NCBI GenBank assembly: GCA_963773065.1
Contig: CAVYZN010000006.1
Span: 160,001 to 224,000, forward strand
Direction of reading: 5' to 3'
Length of the DNA stretch: 64,000 nt
DNA from: an uncultured Gammaproteobacteria bacterium
GTDB lineage: Bacteria; Pseudomonadota; Gammaproteobacteria; UBA9214
In this document: positions 11,412-22,529 of the stretch, one piece after another
Position numbering within the stretch: position 1 is the stretch's first letter
How the letters are laid out: the number at the start of each line of letters is the position of its first letter
Translations under genes and position numbers: made by a program
Notes under the pieces: generated by a model
The model's input: the letters and a program-made list of their open reading frames with translations, nothing else
Databases searched by the model: none
What the model was told of the DNA's origin: nothing

Positions 11412-13806
11412 ATGAATTTTACACGCCTAGTGCGATTGCTTCTTTCCGCTGTTCTTACACTGGCCATCGTCTTACTGGTTCTATCCGCAATCTTGTACGT
11501 CAAGATTGAACCACAGTTGCCCTCCATTGAACTGCTCAAGGACGTTCAGTTGCAGGTACCGCTGCGTATTTATACCAGTGACCGCAAGTTGCTTGCGGAG
11601 TTTGGAGAAAAACGGCGGACGCCGGTTCAGATAGAAAATGTGCCGCCGGCACTTGATACAAGCATTCCTTGCGGCTGAAGATGACCGCTTCTTCGAACAT
11701 CCGGGTGTTGATTTTCAGGGCTTGCTGCGGGCTGGAATCGAACTGCTCCGTACGGGCGAGAAACGCCAGGGTGGTAGTACCATTACGATGCAGGTGGCGC
11801 GTAATTTCTTCCTCACCACAGAAAAGACCTATTTGCGCAAACTAACCGAAATTCTCCTTGCATTCAAGATCGAACATTCGCTCAACAAAGAGGAGATTCT
11901 GGAGCTTTACCTGAACAAGATTTTCCTGGGGCATCGTGCCTATGGCGTGGAAGCCGCGGCGCAGGTCTATTATGGCGTCGGGATCGATAAACTGACCGTT
12001 GCTCGGATGGCAATGATAGCCGCACTGCCCAAGGCGCCCTCACGTGTTAATCCGGTCAATGACCCGACGGCTGCCTTGGTACGGCGTAATTACATACTTG
12101 GCCGCATGTACAGTCTCGGGTATATCGACGCCGAGGTTTACAGAAAAGCCCTGGCGGAGGAGGATGGCGCCGAACTGCACACCGTCCAGGCGGAGGTTAC
12201 GGCTCCCTACCTGGCCGAGATGGTCCGTGATGAAATGGCGATGCGCTACGGGGAGGAAGCGTATACCTCGGGGTTCGAAGTGGTGACAACAGTTGAGTCA
12301 TCGCTCCAGACGGCGGCAAACCGGGCAATGCGTGATGCATTGCTGGAATATACTCGCCGGCACGGCTACCGGGGTCCGGAGGGTCATGTTGACCTCGCAG
12401 GCGTGGCTGCCGACACATGGCCGGATCTGCTTGCGGATTTTCCGGCATTGGGTGATGTGGAAGCCGGGCTGGTTACCGCCGTCGAGGACCACTCGGCGCG
12501 GGTATCCCTTCGAGATCGGCAGACGATCACCATCGAGTGGGATGGCTTGTCCTGGGCGCGTCCTTACCAGAGTGTCAATCAGTTGGGCAAATCCCCCGTA
12601 AAGGCGGCTGACGTTGTCGCCGTCGGTGACATCATAAGGATAGAAACTTCCAAGGAGGGTAAATGGCGGTTGACCCAGTTGCCGTTGGTCCAAGGCGCAC
12701 TGGTTTCACTCCGGCCAGAGGATGGGGCCGTGGTCGCGCTGGTTGGTGGTTTTGATTTCAGCCTCAGCAAGTTCAATCGTGCGACACAGGCGATGCGTCA
12801 GCCCGGCTCCAGTTTCAAACCGATCATTTATTCAGCCGCGCTGGAGAAGGGATTCACCACAGCCAGCATCATCAACGACGCGCCGGTTGTATTCGATGAT
12901 AACGCCCTGGAATCGACCTGGCGACCCGAGAATTTCAGTGGCAAGTTTTATGGCCCGACGCGCCTTAGGGAAGCATTATATCTTTCCCGCAATCTGGTAT
13001 CGGTGCGCATCCTGCAGTCCATAGGAGCCGCCTACGCCGCGCAATACGCGGAGCGGTTCGGCTTTGAGTCCTCGCAATTGCCGAAGGATCTGACCCTGGC
13101 ATTGGGCAGTGCATCGGTTACGCCGCTGCAGATGGCCCGGGCCTTCGCCGTGTTCGCCAACGGTGGTTACCTTGTGGATCCCTATTTCATACGCCGCATT
13201 CATGATGCCACGGGTGAGGTGATCTATTCGGCGAAACCTCGCGTGGTTTGTCCCGATTGTCCGCCAGGCATTGAAGGGATTCTTGATGATGGAAACAGCA
13301 ACCTCAACCTCGCCCCAGCGGTTATTACCCCGCAGAACGACTGGCTGATGAATTCCATGCTACAGGATGTCATACTGCGTGGTACCGGCCGGCGCGCCAG
13401 TGAACTGGGACGCAGCGACCTGTCCGGCAAGACTGGTACCACGAATGACCAGAAAGATGCCTGGTTCTGCGGTTATAACCCGTCACTGGTAACGACGACA
13501 TGGGTGGGTTTTGACAAGCTTGAACCGCTTGGTCGAGCGGAAACCGGGGGCCAGGCCGCCCTGCCGATGTGGATGGAGTACATGGGTGCGGCATTGGCCG
13601 GTGTCAAGACACAGACACGGGAACAACCGGATGGGCTTGTGACTGTGCGTATTGATCCGAAGACGGGACTGTTGGCTCGCAATGGCCAGGCAGATGCCAT
13701 CTTTGAAACATTCCGGGTTGAGGATGTTCCGCAGGCCAGCGTCGACAGCCGGGCTACAGATTCTGGTTCTGGCTCAGGAAAGGGCGCCGTGGAGCAGTTG
13801 TTCTAG
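11412..13806 (+). CDS. mrcA: Penicillin-binding protein 1A; frameshift near 11650
   Basis: N-terminal TM in ORF 11412..11678; AEDDRFFEH and GGSTITMQ (transglycosylase), RQPGSSFKP and KTGT (transpeptidase) in 11638..13806; divergent from pilM as usual. Confidence 0.95.
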
Positions 13807-13827
13807 CCCTGACCTGGTAAGGTTGGT

Positions 13828-14763
13828 CTACAGAAGTTTGATACTGGCGCGAATGCCGAGGAGCGAGTGCCGAAAAGCGGCCAGTTCCGCTTCGCTCAAG
13901 TCCAACTCAATCACCCTTTCGATACCTTGACTTCCGAGTACGGCGGGCACGCCCACGGTAACATCGTGTTCCTGGTATTCACCGTCCAGTACACAGACAC
14001 AGGGCAGGATTCGTTTGCGGTCATGGCTGATGGCATCGACCATGGTGGCGATTGCCGCCGCCGGGGCGTTATAGGCGCTGCTGGTTTTCCTCAGCGCCAG
14101 CACCTCGGCGCCGCCGTTGCGCGTGTGTTCGGCCACACGTTCTATAGCCGCCGTGTCCATGAAATTCGTTACCGGTATGCCGCTGATGCTGCTGAAGCGG
14201 AACAAGGGCACCATGGTGTCGTCATGGCTGCCGACTACCAGCGTCTGAATATCCTTGGAGGACAACCCGGTTTCCTGGGTAATAGCATTGGCCATGCGTG
14301 AGGCGTCGAGGACCCCGCCCTGGCCGAAGACGCGACCCCGGTCCCAGCCCGTCTGTTTCCAGACATGCCAGGTCAGCGCATCGACAGGGTTCGTGACCAG
14401 CAGCAACAAGGCGCTGGGCGCGTATCGCAGCACCTGATCGACAATGTCGTCGATAACGCTCCGATTGATCTGGAGTACATCCCTGCGTGACATGCCGGGC
14501 TTGCGCGGTGAACCGGCGGTGACTATGACCAGGTCGGAGTCAGCAATGATTGCCGGTTCGTGTCCGCCGTGGATCCGTACATCAAATTTGAAAAAAGACG
14601 CCGACTGCTGGATGTCCTTCGCCGCGCCCGCGGCGGCCCCTTCGCCTACATCCAGAAGCGCCACTTCACGGCACAGCCCTTGTTCCGCGATGACCAGGGC
14701 GGTGGTTTCACCGACGCGTCCGGCGCCACCGATGATACTTATCTTGTTCATGCTGTTCTTCAT
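13828..14763 (-). CDS. mdh: Malate dehydrogenase (LDH-like family)
   Basis: IIGGAGRVG, TAGSPRKPGMSR, VTNPVD, GVLDASR; start chosen at MKNSMNK. Confidence 0.85.
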   Translation of the reverse strand: MKNSMNKISIIGGAGRVGETTALVIAEQGLCREVALLDVGEGAAAGAAKDIQQSASFFKFDVRIHGGHEPAIIADSDLVIVTAGSPRKPGMSRRDVLQINRSVIDDIVDQVLRYAPSALLLLVTNPVDALTWHVWKQTGWDRGRVFGQGGVLDASRMANAITQETGLSSKDIQTLVVGSHDDTMVPLFRFSSISGIPVTNFMDTAAIERVAEHTRNGGAEVLALRKTSSAYNAPAAAIATMVDAISHDRKRILPCVCVLDGEYQEHDVTVGVPAVLGSQGIERVIELDLSEAELAAFRHSLLGIRASIKLL

Positions 14764-15040
14764 GGGCGGGTGACTCGAGTGATTATGATTTCGGTAAGTA
14801 TAGACGCTGTTGATGATTAAACCTGCATGCCCTCGTACTCGCATATGCCCTCTTGAAGGGCACTCCGGCATCGGGTCGGGCAATAGACTCGCGAGTTGAC
14901 GGCTGGCTGCCGAATTTGCGATCGCACACCCTGCCCCTGATTGCCTCACGTTCCCGCCATCCCTGCCACGAATGTCTGCGCAGTGTGTCCGGTTTTCCTA
15001 TCGGTGTCGCCGGGCAGCCATTTAGGGATCCCCGGTCACG

Positions 15041-15859
15041 TCATTGCCTCCGGGGTGTTGTTCCTCCCGTGGCGAGCACGCGCAGCGCCGCCGGGTGCCG
15101 CACGTTTATTCTCAGGCCATCATGGCCGGCCTTTATCCAGCCGCGTACTTCAACGGTTTGATCTGTCAGCTTGTCCAGGTATCCGGGGGTGAAGTTCGCG
15201 AGGTCTTTCCTCACGACATGCACCGTCAGCGGCCCGGTGAGATCCAGCCAGACACTTTGACGGGTATGTCGGACCCCTGTTACCCGCCCGCGAACAATAC
15301 GAAATCCCGCTATGCTCCGTTGCAGTGAGGCGCTGTCCTGTGGCTGGTAGGACGGTAGCGACCACAAGCCGCGGCCGCTGACACGGGCATTGGTTTCATG
15401 CTGCTGATAGCACTCGAGTGACCAGGTGTTGGGCGGCACGACCAGCGTGGTGGCCAGCCCCTGGTCCAGAAGTCGCACGGCTACGTTGCTGCCATCCTCA
15501 AGGAACGCATAGGCAAGCAGACGGCCATAATGATCGTGATCTTCCCTGCCGAGCTGCAGGTTCAGGAGATGATTGTGGCTATCGAGAAGGTCATTCAGGA
15601 AAGACCTGGCCTGTGTCGCGAGGGGTTGGGATGCTTGACCATGGTGGCCGATCTCCGGGGTATCGATGCCGATGAAACGCAAGCGCCGCCCGTCCGCCAG
15701 CCTGACGGTATCACCGTCGTAGACATAATCCACCTCAACCCGTTCGCTGGTCTGTCTGGCCGGGCAGTCAGTTGCATTGATGGTTGTTGAACTGCAACAG
15801 CAAAGGATAAGGGCAAACAGCCGGCGTCCAAAAGCAAAAAGGGTGCCCTGCAAGGACAC
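15041..15859 (-). CDS. Thermonuclease (SNase) family protein; start uncertain
   Basis: YDGDTVRL, RFIGIDTPE, DHYGRLLAY, ARVSGRGLW. Confidence 0.85.
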   Translation of the reverse strand: MSLQGTLFAFGRRLFALILCCCSSTTINATDCPARQTSERVEVDYVYDGDTVRLADGRRLRFIGIDTPEIGHHGQASQPLATQARSFLNDLLDSHNHLLNLQLGREDHDHYGRLLAYAFLEDGSNVAVRLLDQGLATTLVVPPNTWSLECYQQHETNARVSGRGLWSLPSYQPQDSASLQRSIAGFRIVRGRVTGVRHTRQSVWLDLTGPLTVHVVRKDLANFTPGYLDKLTDQTVEVRGWIKAGHDGLRINVRHPAALRVLATGGTTPRRQ

Positions 15860-15865
15860 CCTTTT
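15836..15865 (-). terminator. Intrinsic terminator downstream of rpmE
   Basis: On the minus strand a GC-rich stem-loop (AGGGTGTCC-TTGCAG-GGCACCCT) followed by a T run. Confidence 0.6.
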
Positions 15866-15894
15866 ACCGCAAAGCCTGCCGCTTGAGTAACGAG

Positions 15895-16101
15895 CTATTT
15901 GCTTTTTCCGTAGCGGCGGCGGAATTTGTCCACGCGACCGCCGGCATCGACGATCTTCTGCTTGCCGGTGTAAAACGGATGGCATTGTGAGCACACCTCG
16001 ATAGTGAGGTCCTTGCCGACAGTTGAACGCGTGGTAATTATCGAGCCACAACTGCAGGTTACTTTAATATCCCCGTACGCGGGATGGATGTCGGATTTCA
16101 T
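15895..16101 (-). CDS. rpmE: 50S ribosomal protein L31 (Zn-binding type)
   Basis: MKSDIHPAY...CSCG...[24 protein letters not shown]. Confidence 0.97.
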   Translation of the reverse strand: MKSDIHPAYGDIKVTCSCGSIITTRSTVGKDLTIEVCSQCHPFYTGKQKIVDAGGRVDKFRRRYGKSK

Positions 16102-16433
16102 AACTACCTCGGGACTATCGGCTTTCCACCTTGCGCCGGATAGCGCAGGGCATTCGCGCAACCGCCATGAAAAGGGCGCATATAGTATGTTATAGACAGC
16201 CGGTCGGCAAGCTTCAGCTTCGCTACCCGCTGACACCCTTAGGCGGGCAGTTTGTGGCGCTGCTCGATCAGATCGAGTCGCTGCAGGCACGGGGCGATAC
16301 CGCCCGGACGAGCGCTACCGAGCCAAGCGGTGATGGATATATCGAGCCTGCCGGGATTCATACCACACTTACGCGGAATATACCCCCGACGTCGCCGATG
16401 CACGGAATGACGACCGGGTCGCGGTGTTTCCCC

Positions 16434-18766
16434 TCACCCCACACTCACCGGCACGAGGGTCATGGTGTCGTTGCCGAAGATGTCGATGACCTTGACGGCC
16501 ACGGTGTAGCGGCCCTTGTGGGTGTAGGTGTGCGGCGCGGAAATCAGTTCCAGTTCCCGGTTCCGGCGGGTGCGGAAACTCTGCCATTCGTTTTCGAAGA
16601 TAAAGCCGCCGGTCCAGCGTTCCTCGTATTCCACCTGTTCGGCATCCGTAGGGTGCGCCGTGCGCACCATCACGGGTGTAGCGTCATCGCCCCCGGTGCG
16701 CGGGGCGCACCCTACATTTATCCCGGCGTCCTTCGCCACCTTGATGATCTCCTTCCGGCTCATGTAGTCGAAATCCACCGCCCAGTAGTCCACCCAGTCG
16801 GTCCAGTGCCGGGTGAGGGTCTCGCGGGTAACCACGCCCTCCTTGTCCTTGCTCACCTTGATGAGCTGGCCCTGTTCGCAGACCACCTGGCTCTTGCCGT
16901 TTTTCATGTCCGCGGCGGCGGCTTCCACCGCGCCCTGGGTGTAGTAGACGGAGAAATCCGTCAGTTCGATCTGGAGCGTGAACTTGTCCTTCTTGTCATA
17001 ACGCGGCGTGGCCTCGACGAAGCTCACGTCGTGGAACACCACCTGGCCCTTGTCCACGGCGCGCTTGTCGAACACTTCCGCCGGGATGTATTTCGGCGCG
17101 AGGTCGATGCCCTTGCCCCTGGCCTCGTCGAGCGCGGCGGGGAAGAGGCCCATCTCGAACTCGAAGGCGAGCACGTCCACGCGCGAGGCGCCGCGCTTGC
17201 GGCATTCGGTGATGACCTCCTCCACGAACAGCCGGCCCACGGGCAGGTTGATCGGGCCGACCACGACCAGCCGCCCGGCGTTCTTGCCGTGGAAGAAGCT
17301 CGCGTCCTCCAGCGGCTGGGCGCGGTAGGCGCGCAGGATGAGATCGCGGAACTCGCGCTCCTTGTGCGCAAGCGCCTGTTCCTTCTGCGTACCGGTCAGG
17401 CGGCCGCCGACGTTGAGATAGGCCTGGCGCTCGTAGCGGCCGAGGTTCAGCACCTCGAAGGCGCGGAACGGCTTGCCGGATTCCTTCGATTCGCGCTGCA
17501 CCTGGATCAGGCGCTTGCGCGTGGTGTGGATGGCGAACTTGCCGAGGTCGGTGCAGATCCACTTGCGGCCGAGCTTTTCCGCCACCGCCGCCGTGGTGCC
17601 GGAGCCGCAGAAGAAATCGGCGACGAGATCGCCTTCGTTGCTGCTGGCCTTGAGGATGCGTTCGAACAAGGGCTTCGGGTTTTTGCGTTGGGTAGCCAAC
17701 GCGTTCATGCGCCATCGTGATTCATTGCCGGAATGTCATCCCAAATCGTTCTGAGCTGTTTGCCCTTGCCTTCGTCGAGGTAGCGCTTCTGAAGCGATTC
17801 CAGTGATGCGATACGCTATCTGCTCCAGTTGTCCATCTACTCATCGCGCAATCGTTGCATATGCCCAGACCGTCCAGCGAATTGGCGTTCGCACTATTGC
17901 GTCAATCAGAGTCTCGTTGATCCGCGGTTGTCTGTTGTATGAGGCATCTACTGTCGCTTCGTCGTAGTGTCATTGCGACTTCGTCCGTAACTTCGTGATG
18001 ACGTGAAGTCAGATTTGTCGCTGTTGGAGTGAAATCAGTAGTCGGCATTTTCGCGAATTGCTCTATACTCGTTTGTCGTAGATCGCTTCCAAACAATTTC
18101 GTTGATGAAGTTTTCTGCGCCCGAAAATTTCATCGCAGCACGACGTGCATGAAGGCAATTCACCCGCCAATCGCAATGCACATAGATGCTTCCTTCGCTG
18201 TGCATCAAATCCCGCATCAGGATCAGCCGCTCGTAGATCATCGAGATGAACGAATCCGCCCCGCGCCCCCAGGTGTCGCGGTAGGCGATCTGCTCCAGCA
18301 GGTTCGGCTCCTTGTGGAAGGTCTCGCCACCGATCTCGATGTCCATGGAGAAATCGGCGCCGACGTCGAAGGGCGGGTCGATGTAGATGAGCTTCAAGCC
18401 GCCCGCGTCCTCGATCTGGCGGCGCAGCGCGCCGCTCTTCAGCGAGGAGAGGATCAGCTTGTTGTCGCCCCAGATGAGCTTGTTGGTCCAGCCCTTCAAC
18501 TGGCGGCCGCGGGTGTCGAACAGCCCGAACTGCGGCGATTCCGGCGCCTCCTGGCGCGGCTCGTCCACATGCTCCAGCGACTGGAACGGCAGCACCGTGG
18601 TGCAGACCTCGCGGTTCTTGCCGTTCCACACCAGCTCCACCTCGCGCTTGTCCTCGAACAGGATGAAGCGGTATTTCTCCGGCAGCGCCTTGCCCTGCTG
18701 GATGAGCTGGATCAGGTCGCGCTTCTCGGCGTCGGAAATTTCGTAGGCGGGTTTTGTTTTGGACAT
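16434..18766 (-). CDS. Type III-like RM adenine methyltransferase (Mod); reading frame broken over ~17710-18090
   Basis: N-part 18035..18766 has NKLIWGDN and IYIDPPF. C-part has YPTQKPEAL (ORF 16996..17715) and DFFCGSGTT plus a long tail ending [10 protein letters not shown]. Motif order is beta-class. Confidence 0.88.
16648..16715. repeat. GTAG-type REP doublet inside the mod coding sequence
   Basis: GTAGGGTGCGCCGTGCGCACC (16648-16668) and inverted partner GGTGCGCGGGGCGCACCCTAC (16695-16715). Confidence 0.8.
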
Positions 18767-18769
18767 GGC

Positions 18770-19177
18770 TCAGGTTGCAGCCAATGCTTCGGCCAGCGAT
18801 TGAGTGAGTGCCGGCGCTGCTTTGCGCAGCCTGGCGTCTTCTGTGGTGAGTTTCACGCCCAGCTCGCGCGCCGCGACCAGGAAGCGGGCGTCGTAGGCGC
18901 TGATGCAGTACTTCCCGGCGAGGGTTAGCGAATCGGTGTGGTCAACCACGATTAGCCCCGGCTCGATCAACTCCCGAATGACCGAGAATGTCGCCTGCGC
19001 CCTTGCCAACGACAGTCCACGCACCCGCATCGTGGTAGCTAATACATTTGTGAACTCGATCAGTGCGTAGCTCTCGGAGCGCCAGTCGTCATCGCTGTCC
19101 TGGAGTGTGCGCGCTGCGGCGGTGTGTGGCCCTTCGAGCATCATGAATGCCAAAATGTTGGTATCAACCAGGACCAA
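18770..19177 (-). CDS. vapC: PIN-domain toxin (VapC-like)
   Basis: LVDTNIL...IEFTNV...SAYDARF...LTTED, the PIN acidic residues; probable TTG start at 19177. Confidence 0.88.
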   Translation of the reverse strand: MVLVDTNILAFMMLEGPHTAAARTLQDSDDDWRSESYALIEFTNVLATTMRVRGLSLARAQATFSVIRELIEPGLIVVDHTDSLTLAGKYCISAYDARFLVAARELGVKLTTEDARLRKAAPALTQSLAEALAAT

Positions 19178-19181
19178 GCGC

Positions 19182-19406
19182 CTACTCCTGACCGTCCGCA
19201 ATGGCCGCTTCAATTTCCTCAAGGGTGATCGGCCCCCCCTTGAGCTTGAGCGGCGGTGGTAGTTTGAACTTCGATTTCTGCGTGACAACGCCCGCTTCGA
19301 TCAGGCTCACAACCTCTTTCGTCACGGAACGGTGATTGCGCCGGGCCTGACGCTTGAGCAGTTCATGTAAATGATCCGGAATATTTTTTACAACAAGAGT
19401 GCTCAT
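19182..19406 (-). CDS. Ribbon-helix-helix antitoxin (FitA/VapB-like)
   Basis: MSTLVVKNIPDHLHELLKRQARRNHRSVTKE; directly upstream of the PIN gene. Confidence 0.85.
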   Translation of the reverse strand: MSTLVVKNIPDHLHELLKRQARRNHRSVTKEVVSLIEAGVVTQKSKFKLPPPLKLKGGPITLEEIEAAIADGQE

Positions 19407-19440
19407 GGCTCACCTCAATATGGATATGGAAGGTAGCGAT

Positions 19441-19461
19441 ATGGTAGCAAATAGATACCAT
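19441..19461. promoter_or_regulatory. Inverted repeat, probable TA autoregulatory operator
   Basis: ATGGTA-GCAAATAGA-TACCAT about 35 bp upstream of the antitoxin start. Confidence 0.5.
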
Positions 19462-19465
19462 TATG

Positions 19466-22181
19466 TCAGCCCTGGAAGTCCCTGAAGGCCGTCGCCAGCC
19501 CGGCGAAGTCCGCCGGCGGATTGCGCTCATAACCCTGCTGATCCACGTACACAAACCGATACGTCGTCCCACCCTCGGCGCGGCTCGCGGCGGTGGCGTC
19601 TTCGCACCACTGGCGCAGGCGGCTCATCTTCCGCGGCAGGTCGAGTTCCTCACGGCCCTTGGTCTCGACGATCCAGACCGTGCCGTCGGTGGTCTTCACC
19701 AGAAAATCGGGAACGTAATTTGAGAGGTCACCGTCGGCCCTGACGTAGTCGATCTTGAAACCGACGGCGAGGTAGTTCTTGGCGAACGCCGCGACGTCCG
19801 GGGCGTCGTCGAGGAAGCCGGCGAAGGCCAGCTCGAAGCCGCCGGCATGCGGCTCGCCGACGATCCGGTTGAACAGCGATTTGCGCGGCGCGAGGTAGGG
19901 CCGGTTCTCGGTGCGGAACGGCCGGGTGTCGCGCAGGCGGATGCGGTCTTCGATGCGCACCGAGCCCTTGTCCTGGACGGTGAGCGCATTGATGGCGGTT
20001 TTGAACGCGTCGAATAAAACCTTGCCCGCCTCAGGCTCGGAGAGATTGCGCAGCACCACCGGGTCTTCGAGGTCCACCGGCGCGCCGGCGAACAGATGCC
20101 GCGCCATGAAATCCCGGACCTTGGGATAGAGCACGTCGTAACCGCCGACCAGGCGCAGTTCCTTCAATAGTTGCCGTGCAAAAAAAGCGACCACTGAGCG
20201 ATAGTCCGCAGGACCGGTACCGTCGAGTTGAATGGTGTGATGCACCTCGGCGTCGAGCATGGTCTTGAAAACGATCTCACGGGTTTCCTCCGGCGTGAAC
20301 GGCTTGAGCGGAAGCCGGGTGTTGCCGAGCGTCGCCGGATCGAGGCTTTCGAGGTCCTTGTACTCGCGATTGAAGCGCCGGCGTGAGCCTCGGCAGTTGG
20401 ATATCCAGATCATCGAGGTTCTTGCCGGTGTTCTGCGTGTCCACTTCGACGACGAGCGACTCCTTGCGGCCGGCGCCCGCCCCCATCGGCACCCGCTCGA
20501 AGGTGACGCCTTCGCTCTGGATGGACTCGACGAATTCCATGAACGCCGGTGTGCCCATCACCGAGACGGTTTCGGGGACATCCGCGCCGAAATACATGCG
20601 GCGCAGGCCGCGGCCCAGGGTCTGCTCCGGCAGGATGTTGCTCTTGGCCGCGTAGGCGCGCAGACCGACGATGGTGGTGACGTTGCGCACATCCCAGCCC
20701 TCCTTGAGCATCAGCACGGAGACGATGGCCTTGTACGGACTCTCCCAGGTGTCGATCGCATTGGACTGTTTGCGCAGCCGCTCCAGTTCTTCCTTGTTCT
20801 TGGAGGAGGCGGCTTCGGAGATTTCACCGTTGTTCTTGGTGTGGATGACGAGCACCGCGCCCTGCAGCTCGGGACAGGCCGTTTCCAGCCAGGCGCCGAC
20901 CTCGTCGCAGTTCCGGGTGTCGTCGACCATGACGAACAGCACGGCCTTCTTGCCCAGGGCTTCGTGTTCGGCGTAACTCTTGCGCCATTCCTCGATGCCG
21001 AGTTGCAGGTAATCCTGGTAGTGCTCGGTGAAGATCGCGCTCTTGTGTTCCTGCAGCCGCGCGCGGCTGGCGGCGTCCGGCAGCACCGGCTGCTTGACGA
21101 CGTTCTGGTGGATCGCCTCGACCAGCGGATAATCCGAGACGGTCTGCACGAAGATCGCGCCGTTGTTGTGCCGGGGCGTGGCGGTCACATCCACCTGCAG
21201 GGCCAGGCGGTCATCCTTCTGCAGCAGCTTGTGGTGGATGTCCTGGATGCTCTTGAACCAGGCCATCTTCGGATCATGGATGTGGTGCGCCTCGTCGTTG
21301 AACACGGCCAGTTCGTCGATCTCGCGCACGATTTCGCCGAGATCGGTCTTGCTGTCGGTGGTCTTCCCCACGGGCCTGGGTCCGAAGGATGCGAGGAAGT
21401 AATCGCGCAGGTCGTCGTCTTCCAGTGACGGCTCGCGCACGTCGCCGAGGTAGACACGGTGGATGTTGGTGAGAAACAGATTGCCGGTTTCGCGCACCAC
21501 ACGCACGTCGTCCTGGATGTGCAACGTGAGCTGAAAATCGTCGCGCCAGTTGCGACCTTGATAACCGTTATCCGGCAAGATCGGATCGTTGAAAAAGATG
21601 CGCAGCCCGTCGAAGTCGGCGCGCAGCCGGTCGAGGACGATGATGTTGGGCGCGATCAGGAGAAAGTTGCGCGCCAGCGTCGAACCGGCTTCGTAGAGTT
21701 TGTGGAAATAACACCAGGCGATGAGCAGCGACAGCACCTTGGTCTTGCCCGCGCCGGTCGCCATCTTCACGACGTAGCGCGGCCAGTTCTCGTCGAACAT
21801 GTTCTGGGAAACCGCGCCCGAGGCATCGAAACGCAGCAGGTCGTACTTGTCACGCACCTGGCGCACATCGTGCAGCCAGATCACTGTCTCCACCGCTTCG
21901 CGCTGCGCGAAATAATAATGGAACGGCGACAGCGTGCCGTCGGCCTGTTCGGTCAGATGTTCGGTACCAAACCACCAGTTCAACAGCGCGCGCGAGGTAT
22001 CCGAAGCGCCCGCATAGCCCGCGCCCCGCCACGCCGAGACCTCGTCGCGGATCTTGGCCACCAGCGGCGGCAGCAACTTTTCATAGGCGGTGGCGCGCAG
22101 CTCTTCCGCGGCCGGAAACCAGCGCTGCTCCGGCAGCAGCTCGGCGTAGGGCGATTTCGGGAATTCAGGGTGTAATGCCAT
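19466..22181 (-). CDS. Type III-like restriction endonuclease (Res; SF2 ATPase + PD-(D/E)XK); frameshift near 20390
   Basis: KMATGAGKT, DEAHH, TATP, EGWDV in 20277..22181; YVPDF...VETKG in 19466..20413. Confidence 0.88.
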
Positions 22182-22235
22182 AGAAAGTTGCTTGTTGTTC
22201 TTCAGCAGGATGAGAAGTTACCAAGGCAAACTCTA

Positions 22236-22378
22236 GCTTTGCCTCATCGGCGCAGACGCCTCATGCCGGGTAAGTCCTGTAGTGACCGTCGGCCGCAGGG
22301 AGGCGGCCGGCGAGCGTACAGTGGACGTATTCACAGCGCGTCACGGAAGGAGTTACCCGGCAGGAGGCTTTGTTAACG
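22236..22378 (+). repeat. ~143-bp palindromic dispersed repeat (MITE-like), copy 1
   Basis: Arms CCTCATGCCGGGTAAGTCC / GGAGTTACCCGGCAGGAGG; highly similar to the reverse complement of 45484-45626. Confidence 0.85.
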
Positions 22379-22529
22379 TAGTCATTGATAAACCCTTTTT
22401 CACGGCCTCAACCTACCCCGCCACCGACACGGGGTCAAGGCGATGGGTCGGCGTAGGGGCCTGTGTCGGAAGTGGTTGGACGGTCTTTGCCGGCAAGCGC
22501 GGTTCTGGCCATCGTCAGCGCCCCACGCA

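Noticed and set aside
22400-22500. GC-rich partial pairing (CCGACAC/GTGTCGG) as an ncRNA or riboswitch
   Set aside because: Short stems, no family recognised; may be a terminator or chance.
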